A stretch of 64,000 nucleotides of DNA, from positions 524,138 through 588,137 of the forward strand of contig JBBECT010000005.1 of NCBI GenBank assembly GCA_040881665.1, given 5' to 3'. The DNA is from Actinomycetota bacterium. Lineage in GTDB: Bacteria > Actinomycetota > UBA4738 > HRBIN12. A program made the translations under genes and the position numbers. Positions 26,562 to 38,082 of this stretch are shown here, in pieces (the first letter of the stretch is position 1; every line of letters starts with the position of its first letter). Under the pieces are notes generated by a model. It had not been told where the DNA came from, did no database searches, and saw only the letters and a program-made list of their open reading frames with translations.

Positions 26562-29072
26562 TCAGGGCGCCGCGCGTTCGGCGAGGATCCGCTCGATCGC
26601 CGCGCGCTCGGCTTCCTCGACGATCTTGCGTCCGATCGTGTCGCGAACGTAGAAGGCGTCGATCACCCGCTCGCCGTAGGTAGCGACCTTGGCCAGGTGC
26701 ACGTCGAGGCCGAGCTCGGCCAGGGTGCGGGTGATGTCGTAGAGCAGGCCGAGGCGATCGGGCGCGCCCACCTCGATCACGGTGAAGAAGTCCGAGGCCG
26801 CGTTGTCGACCGTGACCTCGACCGGCGTGCGCGGGCGGGGCACCGGGTAGTGCCGCCGCTTCTCCGCGACGCGGTGCTCGAGTGAAGTTCGTCCCTCGAT
26901 CGCGGCGCGCAGGGTCGAGCGGAACTCGCGCCAACGTTCCTCCCCGAGGTCACCCTCGAACCGACCCTCGACCTCGAACAGATCGACGGCCACGTCGTCC
27001 TCGGTCGTGAAGACCTGGGCCGAGAGGATCGACAACCCGGCGAGCGAGAGCGCGCCCGCCACCAGCGAGAGCAGTCCGTGGCGATCCACCGCCATCACGG
27101 CGAGCCGGTGGATCTGCGGACGCGGACCGGGTTCGGCGTGCGTGCGGACCTCGTTCGCGCCCATCGGGGAGGCGAGCAACCGGAAGTGCGCAGCGGCGTG
27201 CTCCGGCTCGACGACGAGGAGGTAGGTCGGCGGCATGCGTTCCAGGAACGCTTCCACGCCTGCCGGGTCCTCGGCAGTGAGTAGGGAGCGGATCGCGTTC
27301 GAGCGGTCGACGAGCCGCTCGGCGGCGCCCGCGGTCATCTCGCCCCGCTCGAGCACGTGTCGGACCTTGCGGACGAGTTCACGCACGAGCGTCCGGCGCC
27401 AGGGGGTCCACGCGTGCGGGCCGGTCGCGCCGGCGTCGGCGATCGCGAGCAGGTAGAGCGCGGCGAGCCGGTTCGAACTCTCGACCGTGGCGGCGACCGA
27501 CAGGATCAGGTCCTCGTCGCCCAGGTCTCGACGGGTGGCGGTGTCGGGGAGCAGCAGGTGCTGTTCGACCATGAACGTGGCGAGCGTTCGCGTCGGCTCG
27601 GCGATCTCCATCGACCGCAAGGCCTCCGCGGCGATCCGCGTTCCGACGGGAACGTGTCGTCCTTCCCCCGTCTTGCCGATGTCGTGCAGAAGCGCGCCGA
27701 GCAGCAACCCGTCGTGATCGGCGACCAGCGGCAGCAGCTCGGCGGCCAGTGAGTCCTCGGGCTCGGTGCCCTCGTCGGCCGCGTCCAGCATGCGCGCGAT
27801 CCCCGAGAGCGCCTCGAGCAGGTGCACGTCCACGGTGTACCGGTGGTAGGGATCGCGCTGCGGGCGGCAGCGGACCGGTCCCCATGCGGGAACGAATCGC
27901 TCGAGGACCTCGACGCGGTCCATCGCCTCGAGCACAGCGACGCCCCCTCCCGGCGAGCGGAGGATCCGCAGGAACGCGTCGCGCACCGGTGGCGTCCACA
28001 CGACGGGCTCGGGCAACGCGATCGCCTCGATCCGGTCGAGCAGGGTGGGTGAGAGCGCACCTGCTTGCTCGGCCGCCGAGGCGAACGCCTCGAGGACGCC
28101 CTCGGGCGTCGGTTCGGGGTCGCCGCCGGAAGCCTCCGTTCCCAGGAACCGCTCGAGCACGCACCCGACGACGTGCTCGACTTGCCGGGCATGGATGAAC
28201 ACCTGCCGCATAAGACCGTCGACCGCGGGAAGTCCCGGCCGACCGGTGAAGCCCATCTCGCGCGCGACGTCGGGCTGGCGATCGAGCAGCAGCCGGTCGG
28301 TCCGGGACCCGGTCTGAAGGTGCACGGCGCTCCGGACGCGCGTGAGGAACTCCGCGGCGGCCTCGATCTCCTCCCGCTCGGCTCCGCGGACCAGCCCGAC
28401 CCCGTCGAGCGTCGGTTCGTCGGCCGACTCTCCCGCGACGGAGGCGAGCCAGCCGAGGGTCTGGATGTCTCGCAGCCCGCCGCTGCCCTCCTTCACGTCG
28501 GGCTCGAGGTGGGAGGAGACGGTGCCGTAGCGTTCGTGCCGTTCGAGCATCGCCTCCCGCAGACGCACCGCGAACCCGCGTGGATCCTCCCGGACCCAGC
28601 CGTAGACCAGCTCGCGCATCCGATCGACGAGCACCTCATCGCCGGCGAGCGTGCGGACGTCGAGCATCGCGGTCGCGGCGTCGATCCGGCCCACGGCGTA
28701 GACGAGGCAATCCTCCGGCGTGCGTACCGCGTGACCGACGACGAAACCGCTGTCCCACAACGGATACAGCAGAGCCTCGGCGAGCGCGGCCACCTGCTGG
28801 GGATGCTCCCCGTCGTGGAGCAGCAGCAGGTCGATGTCCGAGCCCGGGGTCAGCTCGCCGCGCCCGTATCCGCCGAGCGCCGCGAGGGCGACGGGGCCTG
28901 CGTCCACATGCCCGCCGAACAGCTCCCGAAGACACGTGTCGACGAGCTCCGCGCGACGTCGCGCCGACCAGCGACCGTGGTGTCCGGCGGAGTAGGCGCG
29001 ATCGAGGGCCGCGATCTCGTCGAGGAGCCGGGCCACCGCGGGCGCCGGGACGGGGGCGGCGCCCGTGCTCAT
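26562..29072 (-). CDS. glnD: [Protein-PII] uridylyltransferase / uridylyl-removing enzyme GlnD
   Basis: 836 aa with nucleotidyltransferase motifs (GGYGRGELTPGSDIDLLLL), an HD domain (LLHDIGK) and two C-terminal ACT domains. Confidence 0.9.
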   Translation of the reverse strand: MSTGAAPVPAPAVARLLDEIAALDRAYSAGHHGRWSARRRAELVDTCLRELFGGHVDAGPVALAALGGYGRGELTPGSDIDLLLLHDGEHPQQVAALAEALLYPLWDSGFVVGHAVRTPEDCLVYAVGRIDAATAMLDVRTLAGDEVLVDRMRELVYGWVREDPRGFAVRLREAMLERHERYGTVSSHLEPDVKEGSGGLRDIQTLGWLASVAGESADEPTLDGVGLVRGAEREEIEAAAEFLTRVRSAVHLQTGSRTDRLLLDRQPDVAREMGFTGRPGLPAVDGLMRQVFIHARQVEHVVGCVLERFLGTEASGGDPEPTPEGVLEAFASAAEQAGALSPTLLDRIEAIALPEPVVWTPPVRDAFLRILRSPGGGVAVLEAMDRVEVLERFVPAWGPVRCRPQRDPYHRYTVDVHLLEALSGIARMLDAADEGTEPEDSLAAELLPLVADHDGLLLGALLHDIGKTGEGRHVPVGTRIAAEALRSMEIAEPTRTLATFMVEQHLLLPDTATRRDLGDEDLILSVAATVESSNRLAALYLLAIADAGATGPHAWTPWRRTLVRELVRKVRHVLERGEMTAGAAERLVDRSNAIRSLLTAEDPAGVEAFLERMPPTYLLVVEPEHAAAHFRLLASPMGANEVRTHAEPGPRPQIHRLAVMAVDRHGLLSLVAGALSLAGLSILSAQVFTTEDDVAVDLFEVEGRFEGDLGEERWREFRSTLRAAIEGRTSLEHRVAEKRRHYPVPRPRTPVEVTVDNAASDFFTVIEVGAPDRLGLLYDITRTLAELGLDVHLAKVATYGERVIDAFYVRDTIGRKIVEEAERAAIERILAERAAP

Positions 29073-29093
29073 CCCGATTCCGCGGGCCGCGCC

Positions 29094-30408
<1,315 letters not shown>

Positions 30409-30532
30409 GACGAGCCTCCCGGGGAAGCGGAACCCCCACGCCCGTGGGGGTCGTTCCCAGTCTATCCCCGAGCCCCGACGCGACGAAACACCAGGTCGTC
30501 GCCGGTGCCGTGCCCCGCTACCATCGCGCGCG

Positions 30533-33061
30533 ATGGCAACCAAACGCGGCCGATCGGCCGGACGGCCCTTCACGATCGAGTTCCCCGAGCCGCTCGCGGC
30601 GGCCAAGGACGGCGACGCGTGGTGGCTCGAGGTCGGCGGTCGCGAGCTGCGTCTGTCGAACCTCGACAAGCTCTTCTGGCCGGACGAGGGCTACACGAAG
30701 GGCGACCTGCTCGCCTATTACCGCAACGTCGAGCCCCTGATCGTTCCGCACCTCGCCGGACGGCCCCTGACGATGAAGCGGATGCCCAACGGCATCGACG
30801 GTGACTTCTTCTACGAGAAATCGGCCCCGTCGCACACGCCGGAGTGGATCGAACGGTGCCCGGTCGAGAGCGAGGAGTCTCGCAAGGGCGTGATCGACTA
30901 CCTGATGATCGCCGACGCGGCGGGACTGCTGTTCGTGACCAACCTCGGATGCATCGAGTTCCACCCGTTGCACTCGCACTGCGTCGACGTCGCACATCCC
31001 GACTACCTGTTCTTCGATCTCGACCCGTTCGAGCCCTATACCTTCGAGGACGTCCTCTCGGTCGCGCGCCACGTGAAGATCGTCCTCGATCAGCTCGGGA
31101 TCGTGGGCTACCCGAAGACCTCCGGAGCGACGGGGGTGCAGATCTTCGTTCCGCTCGAGCCCGGCCGGTACACCTACGAACAAACGCGCGCGCTCGTCGG
31201 CGCCGCCGGACGCCTGATCGAGAAGGCAGATCCCCAGCACGTCACGATGGCGTGGAAGATCGAGAATCGCACCGGCAAGGTCTTCATCGACCACAACATG
31301 AACCGCTCGGGCGCCAATCTGTCCGCCGCCTACAGCCTGCGCCCCGAGCCTCGGGCGCCCGTGTCGACGCCGCTGACGTGGGACGAGGTCGAGGAGGGCG
31401 GGTTCGTTCCGCAGGACTTCCGGATCGACAACGTGTGGGAGCGGTTCACCCGCGTCGGGGATCTGTTCGAGGGCGTACGGACCTCGCCGCAGGTGATCGA
31501 CGGCGCGTTCGAGGCACTCGGCGTCCCGCTCGATCCGGACGCGGATCCGGGAGCGCAACCCTCCGGACGCACCGGCTCATCGGTCGGAGGTCGCACGAGC
31601 GAGGAGGTGATCGCGGCCTCGAAGGATCCGAAGCTCGCGGAGTACCTGCGCAAGCGCGACTTCGATGCAACGCCCGAGCCCGCTCCGGGCGAGGCGACCG
31701 GCGAGGGGAACTCGTTCGTGATCCACAAGCATCGCGCGACACGGCTGCACTACGACGTCCGGCTGGAGCGCGACGGCGCGCTCCCCTCGTGGGCGGTTCC
31801 CCGAGGCCTCCCGATCGCGAGGGGCGACAAGCGGCTGGCGGTGCGCACCGAGGACCATCCCCTGGAGTACGGCTCGTTCGAGGGAACGATCCCGGAGGGT
31901 CACTACGGCGCCGGCGAGGTCCGCATCTTCGACGCCGGCTGGTACGAAACGATCGAGTGGGACGACAAGAAGGTGAGCTTCCGCCTGCACGGTCGCCGGT
32001 ACCCCGGTCTGGAGTTCCACTTCGTGAAGACCCGCACCGACTGGCTCGCCCTGCTCGCGAGCGCCCAGGACGCTCCGCCGATCGCGTCACCCTCGGGGGG
32101 CATGCAGCCGATGCTCGCCGAGGGCGGGTGGCAGGCCTTCGACGACACCGCCTGGCGCTTCGAGCCGAAGTTCGACGGGATCCGCGCGCTCGCACGGATG
32201 GAGACCGGCGAGACCGCCCTGGTCACCCGCACCGGACGGACCGTCACCGAGCAGTATCCCGAGCTGCACATGATCCACGAGATGGTGAACCAGGTGAACG
32301 CGGTGCTCGACGGGGAGATCGTCGCGTTCGACGACGCCGGGAGGAACTCCTTCGAGGCGCTCCAGCAGCGGATGAACCTGCGGAACGAACGCGAGATAAA
32401 GCGGATGACGACGAAGATCCCGGTGGCGTATGCCGTGTTCGACCTGCTGTGGCTCGACGGTTACGACACGACCGAGCTCGCGCTCGAGCAGCGGCGCGAG
32501 CTGCTCGAGACGATCGTCGAGCAGGACGAGCGGATCCAGCTCGTTCCCTATGTCGAGGGCGACGGCAACGCGTTCACGACGACCGCCGAGGCGCAGGGCC
32601 TCGAGGGTGTGATCGCGAAGCGTCTCGGCTCTCGCTACCGTGCCGGCCGGCGCAGTCCCGACTGGCGCAAGATCAAGCTGCGCAACAGCCAGGACTGCGT
32701 GATCCTTGGCTGGACCCCCGGGCAGGGAGGGCGCACGGGCTCTTTCGGAGCATTGCTCGTCGGTGCCTTCGTCGACGGCGACCTGCGATGGGTGGGTCAG
32801 GTGGGCAGCGGCTTCACCGAACGGACCCTGGAGCTGTTGCTCGAGGAGCTGCGTCCCCTCGAACGCGCGACCGCCCCGATCGACGATGCGGAACTCAGCG
32901 CCGTGAAGGGCGCGACCTTCGTCGAGCCCGAACTCGTGTGCGAGGTGGAGTACCTGGAGATGACGGCCGGGGGCAAGAAGATGCGCGCTCCCAGCTTCAA
33001 GGGCATGCGCCCGGACGTGCGTCCCGAGGACTGTGTGCTGGAATCCGCTTTGAGCCGCTGA
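30533..33061 (+). CDS. ligD: ATP-dependent DNA ligase LigD, multidomain (polymerase/primase – 3'-phosphoesterase – ligase)
   Basis: Pol domain (KTSGATGVQIFVPL, FIDHNMN), PE domain (FVIHKHRATRLHYDVRLE), ligase domain (KxDG: EPKFDGIRA). Domain order is Pol-PE-Lig. Confidence 0.9.
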   Translation: MATKRGRSAGRPFTIEFPEPLAAAKDGDAWWLEVGGRELRLSNLDKLFWPDEGYTKGDLLAYYRNVEPLIVPHLAGRPLTMKRMPNGIDGDFFYEKSAPSHTPEWIERCPVESEESRKGVIDYLMIADAAGLLFVTNLGCIEFHPLHSHCVDVAHPDYLFFDLDPFEPYTFEDVLSVARHVKIVLDQLGIVGYPKTSGATGVQIFVPLEPGRYTYEQTRALVGAAGRLIEKADPQHVTMAWKIENRTGKVFIDHNMNRSGANLSAAYSLRPEPRAPVSTPLTWDEVEEGGFVPQDFRIDNVWERFTRVGDLFEGVRTSPQVIDGAFEALGVPLDPDADPGAQPSGRTGSSVGGRTSEEVIAASKDPKLAEYLRKRDFDATPEPAPGEATGEGNSFVIHKHRATRLHYDVRLERDGALPSWAVPRGLPIARGDKRLAVRTEDHPLEYGSFEGTIPEGHYGAGEVRIFDAGWYETIEWDDKKVSFRLHGRRYPGLEFHFVKTRTDWLALLASAQDAPPIASPSGGMQPMLAEGGWQAFDDTAWRFEPKFDGIRALARMETGETALVTRTGRTVTEQYPELHMIHEMVNQVNAVLDGEIVAFDDAGRNSFEALQQRMNLRNEREIKRMTTKIPVAYAVFDLLWLDGYDTTELALEQRRELLETIVEQDERIQLVPYVEGDGNAFTTTAEAQGLEGVIAKRLGSRYRAGRRSPDWRKIKLRNSQDCVILGWTPGQGGRTGSFGALLVGAFVDGDLRWVGQVGSGFTERTLELLLEELRPLERATAPIDDAELSAVKGATFVEPELVCEVEYLEMTAGGKKMRAPSFKGMRPDVRPEDCVLESALSR

Positions 33062-33070
33062 CGACGGGGG

Positions 33071-33574
33071 TCAGAACGGTTCGAAGCCGGCCTTGACGAG
33101 GAGCGCGCGCACGTCGCGTTCCTCCATCCCGCGATCGAGCAGCTCGAGGTAGAGGCGGATCGCCGCGAGCTGGGCTCCGCACCGCGGGCAATACCGGAAA
33201 TGTTCCTGGAACGGGGTCTCGCACCACGGGCAGCGCGTGATCTCGACGAGCTCCTTGACCTCGAGACCGCTGTCGGCGAGGGCGTCAATGTACCCCTTGC
33301 CGTAGTCCCACTGGATGTACTCCTCTTCGCGGACCTCGAACGCGGGCTCGTGCATACGGGGCTCGCCGAACTCGAGCATGTGGCGCAGGTTGTCCGAGAG
33401 CAGGTCCCACTCGTAGTAGTGGTTCGATCCGCAGTCGGGGCAGGCGATCACGACGCCCTTGACGCCCTGCGGCGCGAAGTTGTCCCACATCCCCTGCAGG
33501 TCGCCCAGATCGGCCTCGATGTCGGCGCGTTCCTGGGGATCGAGCTGCTGCGACTCCTCGTTCTCCATCTGCAT
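33071..33574 (-). CDS. Conserved actinobacterial zinc-ribbon hypothetical protein (DUF5319-like)
   Basis: Three CxxC pairs (CPDCG, CPWC, CPRCG). The real start is the ATG at 33574 (MQMENEES); the listed 734-aa ORF is an extension. Confidence 0.65.
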   Translation of the reverse strand: MQMENEESQQLDPQERADIEADLGDLQGMWDNFAPQGVKGVVIACPDCGSNHYYEWDLLSDNLRHMLEFGEPRMHEPAFEVREEEYIQWDYGKGYIDALADSGLEVKELVEITRCPWCETPFQEHFRYCPRCGAQLAAIRLYLELLDRGMEERDVRALLVKAGFEPF

Positions 33575-33630
33575 CCCCTCGGATGAGGTGCTGCCGGGGC
33601 AGTCGCCCCCGGGCGCGGCACCTCTCGACC

Positions 33631-34353
33631 CTACTCCGGTTCGATCGCCTCCGGCTCGTCGTCGGTGAAACGGAACGCCTTGAAGGCCTCCGCGTAGGCG
33701 AACCCCCCCGCTTCGGCTCCCGTCACCTGCCCACGCTCGCGCACCCAGGGCTCGGCCTCGCCTCCGTCCTCGGACGCGTGCTGCGCCAGGGCCGCGATCT
33801 TCGTGTCGATCGTGTCCGTGATGTCCACATAGGTATCGGGCTCGCTCGTGGACAACCAAAGGTTCGCGATCTCGAAGGGCTCGAGCCCCTCGTCTAGCAG
33901 CTCGGGGAACTGGGCGCGTGTGGGCGCGTCGGGCATCACCGCACACAGGGCGAGCGTGCCCGCGACCTTGTGGTCCCAGTGATTGATGTAGCCGTTGCCG
34001 AACCACAATCGCTGGGGGTCGGGCGCGAGGATCACCTCGGGGCGCACCGTGCGAACCACACGGGTCACGTCGCGACGCAACTCGAAGGTGACGTCGATCA
34101 TCCCGTCGGTGTAGCCGAGGAAATGCACCTTCTCGATCCCGAGCACATCGGCCGCGGCCTGCTGCTCGCGCATGCGCACGGGGGCGACCTGCTCGCGGGT
34201 CACGCCGGGCTCGTTGGACCCGGCGGAGCCATCGGTGATGCAGCAGTAATGAACCTCGGTGCCCTCGCGGACCCACTTCGCGGTGGTTCCGCCGGCCATG
34301 AACTCGGCGTCGTCGGGGTGGGCGAAGATCACGAGCGCGCTGGAGAACGCCAT
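33631..34353 (-). CDS. PIG-L/LmbE-family N-acetylglucosaminyl deacetylase (MshB/Mca-like)
   Basis: AHPDDAE motif, HxDH-like downstream His residues and LmbE fold. Start is the ATG at 34353. Confidence 0.8.
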   Translation of the reverse strand: MAFSSALVIFAHPDDAEFMAGGTTAKWVREGTEVHYCCITDGSAGSNEPGVTREQVAPVRMREQQAAADVLGIEKVHFLGYTDGMIDVTFELRRDVTRVVRTVRPEVILAPDPQRLWFGNGYINHWDHKVAGTLALCAVMPDAPTRAQFPELLDEGLEPFEIANLWLSTSEPDTYVDITDTIDTKIAALAQHASEDGGEAEPWVRERGQVTGAEAGGFAYAEAFKAFRFTDDEPEAIEPE

Positions 34354-34828
34354 GGCGAACACTGTACGAGACGTCGGCGACATCCTGGACCACACTTGTC
34401 GCATGGACCGATCCCCCGATCCGCCGGTCGATCCGGGTGCAGACCCCAGCTCCGCGTCGGCACGTCGTGGCCTGCCCCGAGACGAACGGCCCGCGACGGC
34501 GATCGCGCTCGTCGTCGCCGCCGGGGGGATGTGGGGGTTCCTCGGCTACACGGTGCTGTGGGAGGGGCAGCCCTTCGCGGTGACCCGCGTCTTCGTGAGC
34601 AGCGTCCTGGGTGTGGTCCTGCTGCTGCCCGTCCGGATCGTGATCTGGGGGATCCGCGCGGCAGAGGAACTCGCGGGCAGAACCTTCGATCTGTCGAGCA
34701 ACAACCTCTGGATCGCGTTCGTCGCGAGCGCACTCGGTGCCGCGATCGCTCTCGCCGCCTTCCTCGGCGGCAGGTGGGTGATCGGACGGCTCGTCCGTGC
34801 GCGTGCGCGCAGCGGTGGCCCCGTCTGA
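34352..34828 (+). CDS. Hypothetical membrane protein (start uncertain)
   Basis: Plus-strand ORF between two minus-strand genes. It has three hydrophobic helices and coding-like GC3, but no family assignment. Confidence 0.35.
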   Translation: MANTVRDVGDILDHTCRMDRSPDPPVDPGADPSSASARRGLPRDERPATAIALVVAAGGMWGFLGYTVLWEGQPFAVTRVFVSSVLGVVLLLPVRIVIWGIRAAEELAGRTFDLSSNNLWIAFVASALGAAIALAAFLGGRWVIGRLVRARARSGGPV

Positions 34829-34850
34829 TCGCCGATCATCGTGCGCGAGG

Positions 34851-36167
34851 TCAACGGGGGACCGGCACGACCCACCGGGAACCGCGGGGGCGGAGCGTGA
34901 CGACGGCCTGCAACCGAAGAGGATCAGCCGACACCGGGCGCAAGCGCCATCGGCGCCCGATCGTCGCGAGCGCGAGCACGAGCTCGGCGTTCGCGAGCGG
35001 CGCTCCGATGCACGCTCGGGGACCGGCTCCGAACGGCAGGTAGGCGCCGCGCTCGGACGGCCGGTGGGCCCCGCGTTCGCGCACACCCCAACGCTCGGGA
35101 AGGAACGACGAGGCGTCGTTCCACCAGCGCGGGTCGCGATGCAGCAGCCACGGCGAAACGACGATCGTCGTCCCCTCGGGAACGGGGGTCCCCGCGAGCA
35201 CCGATCGCTCGCGGCACCGTCGCGCGATCGCCCACGACGGGGGAAACAGACGCAGCGTCTCGTGCACGATCGCACCGGTGAACGGCAACTCCTCGAGGTC
35301 GGTGGGCGCGGGGTCCCGACCGGCGAGCACGTCGTCGAGCTCGGCGTGGAGCGCCGCTTCGGCCGGCGGCGAGGCGGCGATCGCCTCCCACGCGAACGCC
35401 AGTGCCGCCGCGGTTGTCTCGTGTCCGGCGACGAGCAGGGTCATGAGCTCGTCGCGGACCTGACGTGGGTCGCCGGCGGAACGCAGCGACCCGGCGAGCG
35501 AGGTGTCGTCCCTCCCCTCGGCGACGATCAGGGCCAGCTCGCGATCGAGGTCGTCTCGCGCACGTTCCACGCCTCGAACACCGGGCGTCCGCACACGCTC
35601 GAGGAGGCGGCCGCCCGGAAGGCGGAGCCGGCGCATGCCGTCCACCATGGTCCCGATCGCGTCCGCGACGGCCGCCGCTCGCCCGGCGTCAACGCCGGCA
35701 CCGAAGAGCGCCCGGACCACGATCTCCAGAGCGAGGAACCGCATCTGCGCAACGAGGTCGATCGGCCGGCCCGGGATCCATCGATCGGCACGCCGGGCGG
35801 CGAGGTCTGCGGCGTGGATCGCGTACCCGGCGACCGCCTCGCGCGAGAACGCGGGCTGGAGCAACCGCCGCTGCCGTCGATGGACCGGATCCTCGGAGGT
35901 CAACAGACCGTCCCCGAGCACACGGCGCAGCACGTCGGCGGTCGGACCCTTCCGCATCCGCTTCGCGTTCGTGACGAGCACCTCCCACGCACCTTCGGGA
36001 TGGTTCACCAGCACGGCGTCGACTCCCACGGCCCGGAGCCCGACGACATCGCCGAGGCGGGCGGCCCGCTCGAGCAGACCGAGCGGATCGGTGGCGAGCG
36101 CCAGCGAGGTCGCCGCACCGAACAGCGGAGCGGGTGGCCGATCGATCCCCGGCGGAGCGGTTCGCAT
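34851..36167 (-). CDS. Cytochrome P450
   Basis: Haem-binding loop FGAGPRACIG, EXXR (ETLR), and oxygen-binding AGHETT. Start is the ATG at 36167. Confidence 0.85.
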   Translation of the reverse strand: MRTAPPGIDRPPAPLFGAATSLALATDPLGLLERAARLGDVVGLRAVGVDAVLVNHPEGAWEVLVTNAKRMRKGPTADVLRRVLGDGLLTSEDPVHRRQRRLLQPAFSREAVAGYAIHAADLAARRADRWIPGRPIDLVAQMRFLALEIVVRALFGAGVDAGRAAAVADAIGTMVDGMRRLRLPGGRLLERVRTPGVRGVERARDDLDRELALIVAEGRDDTSLAGSLRSAGDPRQVRDELMTLLVAGHETTAAALAFAWEAIAASPPAEAALHAELDDVLAGRDPAPTDLEELPFTGAIVHETLRLFPPSWAIARRCRERSVLAGTPVPEGTTIVVSPWLLHRDPRWWNDASSFLPERWGVRERGAHRPSERGAYLPFGAGPRACIGAPLANAELVLALATIGRRWRLRPVSADPLRLQAVVTLRPRGSRWVVPVPR

Positions 36168-36205
36168 GGTCCAAGGGTGCCCCACCGCTGCGCGGACGGG
36201 AAGGG

Positions 36206-38071
36206 ATGCGGCCGGGGCTCGAATCCGCTCTCGACCCGTGGCGCATTCCCTCCGTGTCCGATCGAGCGTTCTCGTACGCTGTTTCCCCCGTGGACAGCGA
36301 CACGCCCCCCCTCGATCCAACCTCCTCCCACGAGGGGACGAGCGCGGGGTCCGACCGGCCGGACGGCGGGGGGGGCGGGCCGGGCAGAACCGCTCGCGAG
36401 CGTGCGGCCAGAGGCTTCCGGCGTGCGGGCGCGGCCGCCGATCCCCGTACCTGGAACCGGACCCACGTCGCGATCGTCCTGGTTCCGCTGCTCGTGCTCG
36501 TGACGGGATTCCTCGTCGTCGACTCCCTCGTCTACGGCGGGCGGGTCTCCGGCGGGGTCGAGGTCGGAGGGATCGATATCGGCGGGCTCAGCCCCGAGGC
36601 CGCGACGAAGGCGCTCCGTGAACGTGCCCAGACCCTCGCCTCCGAACCGATCCGGTTCCGGCACGAGGGAGAGATCTTCGCGACCACCCCGGCCGAGCTC
36701 GGCTGGACTCCCGACGTGCCGGCGACCCGGCAGCGCGCGATGGAGGTGGGGCAAGAGGGGTTGCCGTGGACACGGGTCTGGGACCGGATCCGCGGCCTGT
36801 TCGGCTCCGTGGGGATCCCATGGCTCGGCGGGTTCGACGAAGGCGACGTCGCGGAAGTGACGATCGGCTGGGAGGAGCGGCTCGGCGCCGCTCCCCGAGA
36901 GGGCCTCGTTCGCGTGGTGGACGACGAGGTGCTCGCGCGCGATCCCGCGCCCGGGCTCGGCGTCGACCCGGCAGCTCTCGCCGAGCAGGCGACCGACGTC
37001 GTCAACGGGGACGCCGGTCCGACCGATCCCGTGCTCCCGGCGCATCGCCGCGATCCGTTCACCACTGCCGAGGACGTCGCGGCGGCGGTCCGCACGACCG
37101 AGGAGGTCATCTCGGCGCCGATCACCGCGGACTTCAAGGGCACCGAGATCACGCTGCAGCCCGAAGAGCTCGGTCCTCTGGTCCGCACCAGCATCGACCC
37201 CGCGGCCAAGCGCCCTCTCGTCCTCGGCTTCGCGCCGACGCGCGTCGGCGACCTGCTCGAGCCCAATCGCCGGCGGATCGAGATCCCCGCGCGCGACGCG
37301 GAGTTCATGGCGGGCAAAAGGGTGCGTATCCGGGACTCGCGTTCCGGCCGCACGATCGATCCCGCCCTCGCGGCCACCCGGCTGCTGCGCATCGCGACGA
37401 GCCCGTCCCGTCAGGGCCGGGTCGGCCTCGTTCCACTGGAGCCGGGGTTCTCGACCGAGGACGCCGAGGCACTCGGGATCCGGGAGCGTCTCGCGACGTT
37501 CACCACCTACTACCCGGCCGGCGAGTCACGGGTGATCAACATCCAGACCGCGGCCGCCGGCATCGACGGGACCGTGCTCGAGCCCGGAGAGCAGTTCTCG
37601 ATGAACGGCGTCCTCGGCCAGCGCACCCTCGAGGGCGGCTACGTCGAAGCGCCCGCGATCGTCGACGGCAAGTTCAAGGAACAGATCGGCGGCGGCGTGT
37701 CACAGCTGGCGACGACCACGTTCAACGCGGCCTTCTTCTCCGGGCTCCCGTTCCAGGAGTATCAGGCGCACAGCTTCTACTTCGACCGCTACCCCCTCGG
37801 GCGGGAGGCCACGGTGTCATGGACGGCGCCCGATCTGAAGTTCACCAACGACACGAAGGATGCCGCCTTGATCCTCGCGAGCGCGGGATCGACCTCCGTG
37901 ACAGTCTCGATCTACGGCACGAACCCGGGACGTGAGGTCGAGGCGACCGACCCCGAGCTCGTGAGCGAGACGAAGGCCGGCTTCACGGTGCTCGTCGAGC
38001 GCGTGATCTCCGACCGCAAAGGCGACGTGATCGATCGCGACACGTTCCGCACCTACTACAAGAATCAGTAG
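36206..38071 (+). CDS. VanW-family protein (vancomycin-resistance-W-like), membrane-anchored
   Basis: N-terminal TM segment, then the VanW core (YYPAGESRVINIQTAA..., GGGVSQLATTTFNAAF). Probable start at 36206. Confidence 0.8.
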   Translation: MRPGLESALDPWRIPSVSDRAFSYAVSPVDSDTPPLDPTSSHEGTSAGSDRPDGGGGGPGRTARERAARGFRRAGAAADPRTWNRTHVAIVLVPLLVLVTGFLVVDSLVYGGRVSGGVEVGGIDIGGLSPEAATKALRERAQTLASEPIRFRHEGEIFATTPAELGWTPDVPATRQRAMEVGQEGLPWTRVWDRIRGLFGSVGIPWLGGFDEGDVAEVTIGWEERLGAAPREGLVRVVDDEVLARDPAPGLGVDPAALAEQATDVVNGDAGPTDPVLPAHRRDPFTTAEDVAAAVRTTEEVISAPITADFKGTEITLQPEELGPLVRTSIDPAAKRPLVLGFAPTRVGDLLEPNRRRIEIPARDAEFMAGKRVRIRDSRSGRTIDPALAATRLLRIATSPSRQGRVGLVPLEPGFSTEDAEALGIRERLATFTTYYPAGESRVINIQTAAAGIDGTVLEPGEQFSMNGVLGQRTLEGGYVEAPAIVDGKFKEQIGGGVSQLATTTFNAAFFSGLPFQEYQAHSFYFDRYPLGREATVSWTAPDLKFTNDTKDAALILASAGSTSVTVSIYGTNPGREVEATDPELVSETKAGFTVLVERVISDRKGDVIDRDTFRTYYKNQ

Positions 38072-38082
38072 CCGTCGCCGGA

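Noticed and set aside
34329-34733. 134-aa minus-strand ORF (Arg/Pro-rich)
   Set aside because: Low-complexity Arg-rich translation, antisense to a hydrophobic plus-strand ORF. Composition is typical of a non-coding frame.
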